From Trichinella spiralis (lineage: Eukaryota), in NCBI RefSeq assembly GCF_000181795.1, contig NW_003526945.1, positions 3,503,116 to 3,567,115 on the forward strand: a stretch of DNA of 64,000 nt, given 5' to 3'. Below the pieces are notes generated by a model, which searched no databases, was not told where the DNA came from, and saw only the letters and a program-made list of their open reading frames with translations. Both the position numbers and the translations under genes were made by a program. This document shows, piece by piece, positions 28,354-43,444 of the stretch; positions within the stretch are counted from its first letter, which is position 1; each line of letters opens with the position of its first letter.

Positions 28354-29708
28354 GGTATATAAAATCTGCTTTCAATAAGAAATTGAAATTTTAATTTAAA
28401 AAAATTCAAATGAATCGCATTTTCAAGCAGTAATTCAGAATTCACTTACAACTGAAATGTCATACATAAATTCAAAATTAGTATAATAGCAACTAATTTT
28501 CATTTGATAAATTTTATTTAAATAACCGATCACGTAGAATAAACAATACAACCAGCAATAATGCATTTCGAGCAACTGCATTGCATAATAAAATTTTAAA
28601 AACTGTTTGATCTCACTAAATATAATGTTCATTTTCTTTAAAAATTTTCATAAATACTAAAATGAAAGTTGTATAAAAATCAAATTGTTTCGCCTACAAA
28701 TGATAACTACGAACGTTTAATTCGAGATAAAATGATTATCTAAATGTTAATACGCAGATGTATGAAATTTAGTAACGACAAGAAAATGAACACTGACTAC
28801 GTTAACTTCATTACACTCTGTAAAAATATAATCTATAAATTACATTGTAAAATAATTTACATTACGTGTAGAATAAATATCAAAAGCATTTCAGTATTTT
28901 TGGTAATATTCAAGTACAAATTAATTACAGTATAGTTGCATAAACTTAAAAATTAAAAATACAATATTATGCTTAAAATTATGATTTAATCCATTCTTTT
29001 ACATAATTTCAAATAATTTTTAACAATTGTCTAATTATTTGTGATTTTATCAATGCAAAATTGCTTAACTGTTTGATTAAACTAAAATATTATTCAACTT
29101 TACACGGTTCTAAAGTATATTCTTTCTAGATGCTCTAGCTATATCTGTTCATTAAATTACTTGCAAAATGAACAATTAAATACCTCAATAATAATATAAA
29201 ATTGAATTATTTATTACTTACTATATGGCAAACAAAGCGTATTAAATTAAATCATTATTTCTTGATATTGATCACCAACGAATGGCTGGTTTATGTAAAT
29301 TTTTCTGTGCTTCAGCAAATATAGACAAATATAAAAAGCAGCAGTAAATAAAATGAAGATGAAATGTTTCATTTTGTTGGCATGTTGAATATGAATATCT
29401 TGTATTTTATTTGTGCAAGTAATACGAAAACTTCGCAACTTGCAAAATCTGCACCCAATGACAAAATACAATGCAAAAAGCATACCGAAATAATGATAAA
29501 ACATTCAATTCTGAAATTGCTTTTCCGTACTAAAATGTGATGTGATGAATTTAATGATTGTAAATGGCAGATTGTTGCTGTCCTTGCTCTGTTTAAAGAT
29601 ACAAATGGTAATGAAATGATTTTTATTTACTCACACACTAAAATCAGATTAATATTTTTGAAAAAGCATTAATTGAACAAATAAAGCGTGTAACTGAAAT
29701 ATGAAGAA

Positions 29709-31159
29709 TCAAGCATTTGCTGTCATGTTAGCTGCGACAGTTCCATTTTGTACCATGGCCCAATAGGGAAAGTTATCAAGGTCTATGTACAAACGAGCTA
29801 GGGTCTGGGAGTGCAAAACTATCACCAGCGATGTAGCGATGGATATAAAAAATCCAGCTCCAATCTAAAAGTAATGTTTAAAATGCAGACTATTTTTACA
29901 GTTTAACATATACAATAAGTGTAACATTTACCATATCTGAAAGTTTTAAAAATCCAGGAGCAAAAACGATCGCATTCGGTGGAGTTCCAACTGGAAGCAT
30001 GAAAGCGTAAGAACAGCCAAGAGTAACAGGCAAAATCAACGACAGCGGATTCAACGTTAATTTCTGCGCCTACAAATTGCATAAATGTCACTTTCACGTG
30101 GAGCAATACAGTTTTTGTTTCGGCACTACAATTAGCCTATATGTGTGGCGTGATTGAGCTTGTTCCATTTGTATTAATCGTCTATATTTTATAAATTAGC
30201 TTACCAATCCTGAAACTATTGGAATCAAAATGCTAGCGGTGACAACATTACTAGCAATATTTGTAATCCCAATCGCCATAAGGACGCAAAGTAACTGAAT
30301 GATACCAACCGGCAAGTTTCCCATATTTGATAACAAATTCCCAATAGCAACTGACAATCCAGAAGCCTGTAAAACTCTTCTTTCGCAATATTCAGCATCA
30401 AAAAGCAAAATATCACTATTACCTTAACACCTGCTGCTAATGCGAAGCCACCGCCTAGCAAAAAGATTACATCCCAAGGAAAACGTGCCTTCATCGTTGC
30501 CCAGTCCATCAAAGTTCCAAACGGTTGAGGTTTTCCGATATTTTTTCCTTCTAATAATAATATAAATTTTTTTTGATTAATAAATAAAAGGAGTAGTTGA
30601 AAAATGCTACCAACCAGTTTGAATAGGGATAGTGAAAGAAGGACGGGTATCTGGAAAAGCAAACAGTACCACGCTGATCAGTACAGCGCTCGTAGCATCA
30701 GAAAAAAATCTAAAAAAGTAAAAAAGGAACAAAATTAAAATAAAAATCATCACTGTTTGTAGTGGATTTATCGTTACCCTTTTTTAAACAAAACTCCAAA
30801 ACCACTAAAGCCTGGCAATCCCAAATCACGCAATACCCACAACACAATTAATATTCCAAAAATAACTAATACAGACAATTCAGCAAATGTCACTGGTGGT
30901 AAGGCTTTGTAACGCTGCACAATTAAATCTTTAATCCGATCTCTTTTCTGCTCTCTTGACTTCTTTTTAAAGCAATTTAGCTGACGAATTGTTTTCATAG
31001 GACCGATAAAGTAGAAAAGCAGCAACAGCCATGAAATAACTAAGCTGTAGATCATTGTTGGAAATGCATAGAGAAAGTACTTAACATAAGTAACACTGCG
31101 TCCACCATCCAGTGGAAAAAGGCTAAAAAATCAAAGCATTTGCTACTTTTAAAAATTTA

Positions 31160-31190
<31 letters not shown>

Positions 31191-32525
31191 CATAACAAAC
31201 TTTTTAAGCAATCCAATGCTGCTTATGTTAGTGGGACTTCCAGTGAGCGTCGCTGTACCACCAATGCTCGATGAATAAGCAATGGAAATAAGAAGACTTT
31301 TTGCTTTTGCTTCGTCCTCCTTAGTCATCTGCCTAACTTCACCAGGTACTATTTCTTGTCTAGCACTGCTCTCTCCAAGATGACTGCCATCTTTAGGTTT
31401 ATCTTTATCCGCTTTATCATGCCTCACCACTAGCTCAGTTGACTCATTACCTGTATATGCTTTTAGAATTATTTTGATAATTATTTTAAAAATACTGAAT
31501 TGCAGTACCATCAACTTCCTCTTCTGGGATATTGCGATTCCATTCTTCAATGACGGACTGAGCAATTGGAACCATCATTGCAGTACAGGCGGTATTGTTC
31601 ATCCACATGCTCAAAAATGCCGTAATTGTCATGAAGCCAAACATAACCCTAAAATAGAAATACTATTTATTTATAACTATTCATCTTTGAATATTTGCTG
31701 CTATTAACCATTTTGGATCAGATCCAACTAATGTCAACACACGAAGTGCAACTCGATTGTGCAATCTACACTTCTCAACAGCTAGAGCTACAATCAAACC
31801 ACCAAAAGAAAGAAAGTTTACATCCTAAAAAAATGCACTTCATTAACGCTCCACTTGCTTTCTTTTTGTGTAATGCTTGACTTACAGGCATGTAACTTTC
31901 ACAAACTTTTGATGACGACATAATTCCCAGAATTGGATACAAAAATGCTGGAATCAATGCAGTAACAGCCAGAGGCATCACCTCGAACAACCAATATGCT
32001 GCCATAAGCAACACAACATACAAACATTTCGATTCCTAAATTCAAGACTGATTACATTGATTTCCATCTATCAAATATCAGCTTAAAAAACTGTCATAAT
32101 GTAAAATTTAAAATAATACAAATTTATCCAACTCAAAGTACTATTTACGAAAATGCTGGACTAGATACAAAAAACTTGCTGATAAAACAAAAACTGATTC
32201 TGCAGGAAGTACTGAAAGCAAATAAATTTTACAGCAGTTTACAATTCCAGAAGACAGTACAGCAAACTAGGAGGAATTCATTGTTGTAATTGTTTGCTGC
32301 AATAGAAAGGCAATATTTTCTTTGTCAAATTCATATACGATAACAAAATAAGTTTGCAGCTTTTGCATTATGTGGAGTTTAATTTTCAATTACTAAACCA
32401 ATAAATGCAAGAATAATATTTACCGAAGTTCCAGGGGTGAATACCAATGGCAGAAAAATTAACGGTGCAAAAATGATGATCAACGTTTTGCTGTAATAAC
32501 GGCAAAACTGCACTGCTCTATCCAT
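29709..32525 (-). CDS. SLC13 family Na+-coupled di/tricarboxylate (or sulfate) cotransporter, INDY/NAC-like
   Basis: Family motifs over ~11 exons: [139 protein letters not shown]. Stop TGA at 29709-29711. A possible extra upstream coding exon lies at 33440-33518. Confidence 0.92.
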
Positions 32526-35500
32526 TTCTGATTGTATTCTTACACTGGGCTCTAAAATGATCAAAAATATCTTGTAAAGTGAGTAAATTTTTTTTAAAAA
32601 AAAGACAATATAGCGTCAGCAACCAATGCATAAATTCTGTTGTTTATTAAATGAGATTACAGAAAACAATAAATCAAAAAAGAATGATTTTAAATGACTG
32701 CCATCATTAAATTCTTCACTAGAGAAATCGACCTAAATTTCAGTAAAAATAACACTAGAGGGTACTTAGACTAACACGTTCCTACACGTATACTATTAGA
32801 AAAACAGTGGAAAAATTTAGTAAACATGCACATACTGAAAACGGGAACTAGCATCGCTGTTGCACTACTGATATCATATGCAGAAATGAATTGCAAAATA
32901 AGATGCAATAAATGCTGTTATATGCAGAGTTTAATGAGTGCAGATAAGAATTTAAAAATAAAATTTTAAAGTTTAAATTTGTCATTTGTGACTTAACATT
33001 TAGTTTAAAGTGAATGCAAAAACTACCATGTATAAATAAATGATGGAGATCGAAAAGTACGACGCGTACACGCAATAGCCACAATTTTCTGCTCTCATTT
33101 ATGGACAGTTTCCTTTTGCTAAGAGAAAACACCATTCTGCTGCAACAGTCCATTTATTTTAACCTGATTTAATAAAATAAAATGGCCTGTTCAAGAGAAA
33201 GTGAAAGAAAATAATAGTCTGATTTTGCAAAGAGCAAAAAGAAAACAATGAAGCAAATAAAATATGAAGGGCAGAAAAAGCTATAAAGCGTATCAGCTAG
33301 CTATACGTTGCATATGAAGAAAAATTATTTGTTGCTGCTAACATCCATCTTTTCTGAGGAAGAATAATTTTCATCAAAGAGAAGAGAAAAATTGTTGGAA
33401 TCCAGCTTTGAAGAGATTTTTTTTTCAAACATCACTTACTTAGCTTATGCAACCAACGTTGCCAATGCCCCCTTGGCGGCAATGCTTCAGAAGGCTCCTC
33501 CTGCAAATTGCTTGACATCTCCAGTGCAAAATCGACAACCAAAATAACTTGTGCCAAATGCGGTTATGGTGTATAAGTCAATATTGGCCATCAAACCGCA
33601 TTTGTTGCTGATAGCATTGTTTTACGTCACCCTGTTTGGCCAATGCCAGCCAGTTGGATAGAAAATATTGCTACTGTAAGAATGTGTCAAATTTACAGAA
33701 TATGAATAAAGACATTTGGAAATGCGGACGCTATTGTTTAGCACTGGCATACAGAATGGGCTGTCCTTTACAAAGTATACTAGAAAAACTGATAATATGC
33801 AAATGTAAAAAAAGTAAATAATATTATGCTTTCAGCTTCGGACGGAGAAAAAGGTTAGTCGCAGAGTAGCGCGTCAGAAACAGAGAATGCAAAATAGCAA
33901 AATCTTACCGAAAAAGTTTCACTTTACGACCATTGTAAAAACAGAGATAAAACATCAACGACCCTTGCAGATGTAATAATCTTAAATCGATATTTTCCAG
34001 AAGACAGATACAGCATTTTCCAGAAGCTGAAACTAGTTGACAAACAATAAGCGCAGCAAACACTTGAGCAGTGAAAAAGCAAGTAAGCAAGTTAAAAAGG
34101 TTTACATGTAAATGAATAATTTAATTCATTAGCTAAGTCTGAATTCTTACATCTGTAACGAGTGTAACGTTGCACTTAGTTCAACATTTCACAGAAAAAA
34201 AGTTCTCTTTCATGAAAAGCATCACTTTGCACCATCTGTGCATTTGCATTGACGCCTGCGTCAATTTAAATGACTGCGGCAACTGCTATTCAGCCGTCGT
34301 ATATAATGAAACTAGCATATAAGTGAATGAAAAGTATTTATAAATAAGATCGAAATTTGTTGTTGAAATTTAATAATCAAGTAGCATAATTAGAGGCTAA
34401 CAATTAAGAGGTAAAAAGTCCCTGACACACATTTATAACGCGTTATACAAATATATTCTAATGTTGTAATAAGAAAAGCGTCAGAGAAACGAGAAACAGG
34501 TTTCCATACCTGTGCTGAGTAGCTTTAAATCAGTTTTTACACAAAATGATGAAAATAAGCCTAGTTTATATACTGCGAAAAAATGCAAAATTTCAACTTA
34601 AAAATCAAAGCTTACTTATTTGCAATAAAAATAAATAAATATATATATATATGTATTATTGTTTATCATGAAAACTGACATCAACAATAAAAGGAGTTTT
34701 TTATTGAGCTTAAGTTTATGCAGAACACTAGTAGAGAAGACACTTTATTTTCCACCAAAATAATGCCACTAAAATAACATGAGAGTATCACCATTTTGAA
34801 TGAAGTACGCGAGAAGATTTGATAATATCGACTGCTTGCTACACTCTCTACATTACAATTCTATTCATTGCAAATTGAAAAAGCATATACTAGCTACTAC
34901 TCATCGATCAATAAATTACCAACCAATCCAACAACTAATTTAGAAAATCTCAAAATAGCATATAAGAAAGGAGCAAAACATTTTTTCCATAAAACAATTT
35001 CTGTTCATGATAACTTCAATATTATTACTATTATTTCATAATTACTTTGAAGTATCGAAAAGATTTTAATTGAACATCATCAAAAATATCATCGCAGTTA
35101 TAAAATAAAGCAGAATAGTATGCTTTTCTTGGTGAATTAAAGAGAATTTTAGAATGCATTGAAAAATAATCGATTACCTTGATCAAAAGTGAAATTTGCC
35201 GTACAGGATGAGTTTAAACATTTATCATTCTTTCGCAAAATTTACTTGCCATATTGATGCTGCATTGATTGGCCTTCCGCTATAAATGCCTAACAACCGG
35301 CTTCCATGTTCTTCTCACCAATGATAAGTTTGAAGCGTCTCTTGCGCTCATTGTTGTCAACTAATAATTTTCAATTAAAAATTCATTGAAATTTTATATA
35401 AAATAAATTTAATAACAAAACAAAGGTGCCTCAAAATTGCAGAAAATGATAAATTTTCAAGCAAAATCACCAACTGCTTTATTTGTTGGCGATAATTCTG

Positions 35501-38389
35501 CGCAACAACTGGTGATGCAAAACAACGATTCCCCATCGAATTTCACTTCTCTCCGTATATAGATCATTTAGTGCGTAGCAATGAAAATTCGGTTCTTGTT
35601 CACCTGTATTAAAATTCTATACTAAATTGGATGATTGGATGTTTGGAAAATTTTGAAAAATCTTTTCATAAATTTATAATAACATAATTATGGAGAGAAA
35701 TTCAAAAATTGAACAGATTACCAAAGTTGTATATTTGACCAAAATTTCCAAGCGCACCACTGGATCGTTTATAGAGAGATAGATGGCTAGCTAAGTCCGT
35801 CTACTGCACGGTATTATTCATTTCCCAATTGCCCCATTATGCCAGACATCAACTGTCACACCCATCATTGTAAATTTGCTCTTCCTGATCAACACATTTG
35901 CTTTAGAATTCCAAACAAAAATGCTATTTTCATAGATTTGACAATTTGAACAGAAATAAATAGCTAGTAAGTAAATGTCATCCAGACATAAAAACTAAAC
36001 AATACAATGCTAAACTTCTAGACATAAAAAAGTACTCTGATATTTTATTTGAAAACATGACTAATATGATGGTGAGAAAAATTATGTTCAATAATTATTT
36101 TTTAATCACTGAAAATTAAAAAGTAGAACTTAGATATGATATGATATGATGTTCACAATTCAATAATGTAGAAGAACGGCTAAACAACACCGCAAGAAAA
36201 CAACTATTGTAAACACAAGATAGCAACTGATTAAGCACACATTTAAACACTGACATTAATTCTGCGTTAATTACAAATATTATAAATGGAATTTTTTTTA
36301 AATAAAAAATTTCATTTCATTATATAATTCAGAACATTTTAATAACACTTTGAAATTACACAAATTACAATTCACTGAGTAGTTGAACATCACATCCACC
36401 TAGATCCATTAACTTTCTAGTGGCAAAAATTGACGTTTACACATATCTGTCAACCATAATCTATCACAGTAGAGAGAAAAAATGAAATACATAATTCCGT
36501 ATCAAAGAAAAATCTCTTACTTCAAGAAATTATTTGAATAAATACATTGTAAGTTGCGCACCATTATTGCTCAATAAGTGGAAAATTAGTCAAATAAGCA
36601 AAACATATTCAGGCAATGATTAATAAAATACCACGATCTCACCAGCGCAAATTTAGCAGTAACTCACAACAAAATGAATTAATATGTTACATTCAAATTA
36701 AATTAAATTAAATCGCAAAGTAATGGGATAACACTATAAATTTAAAATGAAATAATATTCACTTGAAACCTGAGCACTGACGTAGGCAAATGATTGAGTG
36801 AGAGACAAAAAGTACTGTATCTTTTCAAATACTTGCTCATCATTTGTATCTACCAGTTATCTTTTTAATTTTTATCTTTTTTATCAAGACTAAAATATGA
36901 CTCTAGTTTTTATTATGAAATCTATGAAAAAATTTATTTGTTTTTCAACGACAAACTGATTTGACTTACTGCTGTGTATGATTTATATTTTGATAATATT
37001 CTGGCATTTCAAAAGCTAAAAAAGCACAAACCAAAAATTTTTTGTTAAAATAAGCTGAAAGTTAAATTGATTTGATTTTTCAATTATTAAGATGATACAG
37101 TAAGATGAACTGAAAATTGTACGCATGCAAATATTGATTCAAGTTCTACTATGAAAATGTACTCAAAATTATAATTTACTGTGGCCGTTCTAATTTGCAC
37201 TTTAACATCATAATAGGCAAATATTCTTAGGTTCTTTAGGTATTTTTTACCATGTTCTAAAACAGAAATATCAAAATAATTATGATTACTGGGGCTTGAG
37301 AAAAACAATTCAAAATTCAATAAATATGAAACTGCTTTAATTCTTTATTTGATCAAAAAATGACTTGCGCAGCTTAATCGAATAATTCTGATTAAATTAT
37401 TTTACATGCCTATTTATCGTTTCACAAACTATGAATTTTTTAATGGAAGTTGCACAAACTTTGACGCTTTAACAAATATAATTTAATTTTAGCATTTTAA
37501 ATTCATTACCGACTTCTTTTCATCACTACGCTCACGTCCGTTGTTTACTTTGACTGTTTGCTATGTTGTTTTAAATGGACAGTTAGCGTTTTATGGACAA
37601 GGAGCTTCAAAGAAAGTCATTTTGTACACTTACTTGGCAATGTCTCACTTTCGGCATGTCACTGTCTTTTTAGTAATCCAGAAATAATAGCTGTGCTTAA
37701 ATGGCCATCTTCGCATGAATGAAATGCATGAAAAATTTCAACTTTCAACTAAACAGTAATGGTGCAGCTTTTCTAATAATGAAAACCATATTACAAGAAC
37801 TGATACACACAAAAACAATTACAAGAGAATCATTTGATATGATGTTCAACGCTTATACTTTATTAAAATCAGAAACGAATTGCTATTTTGCTCAAAGGTG
37901 AACTCTCCTTAATCCATTACTATTATGCTAAATAACAAAATTATAGTATTTCATGATTAGCCTACTCTTGTTGTTCAGCGAATTCCTCATATGCATTACG
38001 TTTCAATATTTCACTACAATTAGATAATTAATTACGCAAATTTTTCAACTATTTAGACTTTGCCAATTCGCTGTTTCCATGCATGGCTTCATTCAACAGT
38101 AATAATGTTTAAATGAAATAACTAGTCTTCTAATTTATGCAAAGTTTCTTTGAAGCTACGCTCATCCTGGGAAAATTTCAAACATTTTAATTGCCACCTT
38201 TACAAGCTCTTTATTACACATTTTATTGCTAATTTCAATATTTTGACTTAAATGACACAGCTACAGCACTGCTATGAACTACAAAAAACTTGTATTTTTT
38301 ACAGTTTTTACAATAATGTTATGAGCATATGAAATGTAAAATTTATCTCTGAAATTCACTCTATGTATTACTGTATATCATTCTATTTA

Positions 38390-41300
38390 TTAAATGATAC
38401 ACTTTGGAACATTTTTCTCTATCTTACACACGGCGTAACTTGGACAGTGATATGTTTCACAAGAAGGGCTGCTAGTATTTCTGAGAGATGGCTGGCATCC
38501 TTCTGGACCAAAAATGTCCGTTTTGTCAGCACATTGATCACATTTGAAACCGGTCACGCGGGATTTGCATACACATCTGCCGCTAGTTTGCTCACAGTCG
38601 CTTCGCACCGAGCCAGCTACTGAGCAATTGCAAGCTAAAATGGAATTTTTGAAATCATTTTTACAAAAAAACAAAATAACAGTAAAATATTTGAACAATA
38701 CCAGTGCAGCCATTTTGACCTTTGGCAATCAAATGAATACCCCAATAACCAGGTTCACATTGATCACACTTTTGCCCAAAGATGTGTTGCTTGCATGGAC
38801 ACTGACCATTATGGTCACAGTTGTTGGAAAGAGCTCCTAATCGGTGACAGCGACACTCTGTTAAAGCAGGAGCAACACTTATGCTACTCGTCACAATGGG
38901 AACATTGTGCGACCAAATGTAATGATTCTGATGATGACTTGAAGATAGAGAATTTTGAATGCACGCTTCTATTGGTACTGTTGTGAGAATAGTATTCTTT
39001 AAGCAGGCTGCTTTTAACATGAAACATGTGCTTGGATAAAGGACACCATCACTGCCGCAAACAACATCTGTTACAACAGGTCTGGGACAATCCAATGGGC
39101 AAACGCAAACTCCATTCTCGCACCTTGCATGCCATTTGCAGCTAACACCACGGCAAGCGTCTATTGGGAAAACAATGATAAAATAATTGCGTAACAGCTT
39201 TTGAAATTAATCAAAAATTAACCTACCACATGAACTTCGGGAAGCGGCAACAATAAAAACTCGCTTTTTGCAGGCAGCATGTTTCATATGACATATGCTC
39301 TCATATGTTACTCCATCCGTACCACAAACTGTATTTTTATCCTAAATTGAAAGCATTGTGTTTAGTAAAAATAAGTCTAAATAATGAACTATCATTTTTT
39401 AATGACATGAAAGTAGGCGTAATTGTTGCAAAAGTTAACTAACACTTGAAAATTCATTGTATATTACAATCCTAATGCAATCGCATTTTCTTGGCATTCA
39501 AGTTTTTCACAACTGTGCAAACTGTGTGGCACAGTGTCAATTTGAATCAGACAAATAGACAAAAGAGCTTAGCAAAAATTAATATTAAAAATAAAAGAAC
39601 CGAACAGAACAGACGTTGGCAAAGGGAAATTACAGAAAAAACTGTTTAGCATGATTTTAATAAACAAAAATTTACCTCTGTACAACTTTTTATATCAGGA
39701 CAACGGCAATGTGCTTCTCCTTTGCTGTTACTTACACAAAAAGAGTAAAAATCACATTTCAAATTTTCACATCCATCTAAAAATTAATAATAATATGGAT
39801 TTATAAAAGTTTTTGAAAACTTTCAACATATACCGCATTTCGATTTGTACGAAATGAAAATGTCCATATTTTTTTGACATCCGCTTCGCGCCATTTTGCA
39901 AGGATTTTCATAAGTAATACCGTCAGAGCCGCACACTGGTTCATAGCTGTCACTGCATACTGGACATTTACAATATGAATTGTTGTTTTCTATGTCGCAT
40001 ACAGCTCCATACGGGCAATGTTTTCCAGCGCACAGACTAGATCCTGTTGAATGCAGATACAGTTATAAAAAAAATATTCATTAATCCAGAATTTCAACAC
40101 ATTGTACCACATTTTCCAGCGTAAAGAACAGAATTATACATTTGCTTTTCACATGCGACCATGTGAAGAATGCATTCGTTGTCGTACGTTATGCCATCCT
40201 TGCCACAGACGGGCTTTACAATCGGTGGGCAAGCGAATTGACAATGACATGAAGCTCGACCATAGCGGTTTATGTAACATTTTTGACCAAATTGACAATT
40301 GGCATTTTTGCAAGAATTGTCAACAAACGGAGCTAATAAATGGATCTTTATAAGAATTAATTTCAAAAAAAAAGAAAACAAACTTAGCAGTTCCGACTTA
40401 CTAGAATTGCACAAACCGTCATGAAGGACGCTGAGTTCTTCGTTTGTTTTGCAGCTTTCCACGTGCATGAAACAAACATTTCTATACGAACGACCATCAC
40501 TGGCACAAACTGGCTTCAAATCGTCTGGGCACTGTTTGGAACAACGACAACGTGCTTGTCGATCAGGGCCCACTTTGCATACTGTTCCATCCGGACAATT
40601 TGCATTCAAGCAAGGATCTGAATGAAGAAGAAAGTAAATTGTAGTGTTTGCAATTTTCATGCATGAAAAAATCAAATATACCACAAACTCCATAATATTT
40701 TACATCTATTTTTTGTTTTTCTTTGCATGAATGTCTGAAATACAAAAAAATTGAACAAGATAAAAAAAACATACACACTCAAAGCTTTACATTTGCAGCT
40801 CGCATAAGGATTCGTAAGTGTTACCATTGTCACCACAAACTGGCCCTGTATGCAAACTTGCAACGGAATTTGAACACATCTCAGGGCATACACAGTGCGC
40901 GGTGTTGCTTTCGGGCGTTATTGAACAATACGAGCCGTACTGGCACTGGAGACTCTTACAAGGATCTTGATCCTCTGAAGTTTAGAATGAAGTCGTTTTT
41001 AACATCTTCTTATCCGAAGTTAATTAATATGAATCAAAATTTATATATCAGAATATTTATTATCAAATTACTGATCAATGCCTGCATTCCTTTTTTATCT
41101 GCTGCTTAATTTGCTCAAAATATAAAATCACCATTAAAAAATGCTGAAATAGAAAAAACTTACCGCATGAACCCAAAAAGATTATGTAAATTTTTCGTTC
41201 CTCTTTACACTGCGTAAGATTCAAATGACATTCACTTCTGTAAGTTACTCGATCAGAACCACAGACAGGTGAATACAGACTTTTGTCACATTTAAATGGA

Positions 41301-43444
41301 CAGTGACAGTACGGCTCTTTTTCATCTGAATACTGGCATATGGCGCCAAAAGAACAGCCAAGTTTTTCACATCCTTCTGAAACAGATTTAAATAGAATCA
41401 AGCATAGCTTATTGGAACAAGAAAGCAACACAAATTGATTAATGCAAGCTAAACATGAATTGAAAACATCATTAGCACTGATAGACTAAATTTACTGGAC
41501 AAAAAAAAACCTAGTTTCACTGCTGCAGTTTAATTAATGAAAAGTGAAATTGGTTGTGCAAAACTTTGAATTTTCAAAATAAAACCTAAGATTTTAGCTA
41601 AATATTTTATTTAAAAAATGTATAATGTTTCACTACAAAAATATTTAATAACCAATACCGAAAAGATAAATAATGTAGTTATTACTTCGTTTAACTGGTG
41701 GCCTCAGCTTGTACGGAATTCCTACAAAAATAACCATCATAAATACATCATTTCTATAGTTTGATCTAACAGTGAAAAACATTTGCACAATAAAAATTTA
41801 ATTCAAACCGCCAGAAAATTATAAATTAATATTTTCCAAAAAATTAAAATTTTTAACAGACGAAACTATTATTATTTAACCAACATATTTGATCATGTAG
41901 TATAATGTAAACTGTTTCAAATGACAATCATTCTGTTATGAATTTTAATACTTTGCAATGGTATAATAAATCACCTCTTGATTGCTGCTATTCTGAAAAA
42001 TTATTTGAATATTGTTACGTCAATTTATTTCCACTTTAAACATTATAATTAATCTATAAATTAAACAGGATACTTGTACCTTGTCATTCAAACAAGTTGC
42101 AGTCTTATCGTACAGCTAAATTATGAGCAGTGTCAAAAAAGAATAAAAAAACAGTGTCAGTAACATGCATACTTATTATTATTATTATTATTATTGACTA
42201 TACAAGAAAATATAATAAAACTGCTCATCCAATATATGAACTACAAAGTTGTTGTACGATTATAACAATTTGTTTAATAAAAGAAATATAACTTGGTTTC
42301 TTAATTTCATCTATCATAGCAGTTGAGCAACTAATTATGCCTGAGATGAAATACGTCATTACTATAATCAGGGGCCACGTGCTATCTGAAACATGGAATC
42401 TCTGTTACGACCCAGAGTATAAAACATTTGGACTAGAGATTTTCATAATAATCAATACGGTCGCGGTCGCGTCGGCGCCGAACACTGTAGCACAGCTAAT
42501 TATCAGAAGACATTATCACTCACTAACTGTTCAAGGCGGCTTCAGTGATCCGCTTAAAAAAAGCACACTGTGCAAATTCGCTGACCAATTTTTGATTATT
42601 CCATCCTCTTTATTCAATCAGCTGCTGACCACTGATCGTTATTTATTACAATCTCCAAGGAGATGCAGATGGCCCCATGAAATGTTCACAAAAATCTGAT
42701 ATCCGTAAAAGCGATATGATATTTACAGTTTCAAGTTATCCACTTCATAAGATGAAAGCAGTACTAGTTAAGTATGCTTTCTCAAGGATATTGTCAAATA
42801 GCAGTGCAAAGTACGATATATTTCACATATTATGCAATTTATCCAGCACACCACACCACACTACACTACACTACACTACACTACAGTATAGTAGAGTAGA
42901 TTATTTTATTTTTCCACTGGCAAGTTCCGCAATAAAAGTGAGTAACATGCTTAACATATTTGAAAAAATGTCTTTTGATCATTAAATAATATAAAATGAG
43001 TTAAAACTTACCTTGAACATACGCATTGACCGCATCTAAATTAGCAAGATTTATAGATAAAAGACTAGAATCAAGTTGAATTCGACCATCTTTCAGCAAT
43101 TTTAGCAAAAAGATTTTCGTGTCTTTTTCAACTGCTCTGCTGTGACATATACTCGGATTTGCTATACCCTGGACTGTTAGCTGACCGAATCGTCTGCTAG
43201 GAATTAAATGCTCGCCTTTCCAAATTCTTCTTATACTAATACGAGCTTCGAAAAAATCGCTGTAACTTTTTAACTTTTTCACGGATAGCACAGTAGCAGA
43301 TAAGATAACATCGGCGCGTTTAATTAAAGCTTGCAACGATAACTGCCGATCTGAGCAAGTCGTTAATTTTAGGTCATCTATTTGAAACGGTTGAATATGT
43401 ACAATAATATGAGCAATGAAAACGATGACAATGAACAGCTTCAT
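38390..43444 (-). CDS. agr-1: Agrin: signal peptide, NtA domain, 7 follistatin/Kazal domains, 2 laminin-EGF domains, partial 8th follistatin; C-terminal LamG part not found
   Basis: Exon 43012-43444 carries the signal peptide and NtA domain (RADVILSATV...RRIWKG...GIANPSIC...DTKIFLL...LDSSLLSINLANLD). Micro-exon ~41685-41721 (GIPYKLRPPVKR). Kazal motifs PVCGSDRVTYRSEC, PVCGDNGNTYESLC, PVCASDGRSYRNVC, PVCGKDGITYDNEC, PVCGSDGITYENPC, TVCGTDGVTYESIC and VVCGSDGVLYPSTC. LE domains CRCHRLGALSNNCDHNGQCPCK and CNCSVAGSVRSDCEQTSGRCVCK. The 3' end is uncertain. Confidence 0.9.

Noticed and set aside
35170..36870. Exon-like fragments on the - strand as a possible agrin continuation
   Set aside because: In-frame stops, no Kazal or LamG motifs, and no consistent splice chain.
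42337..42985. + strand ORFs in agrin intron 1, with a TGTTACGA word resembling an LTR start
   Set aside because: No second LTR, target-site duplication or transposon protein motifs visible.
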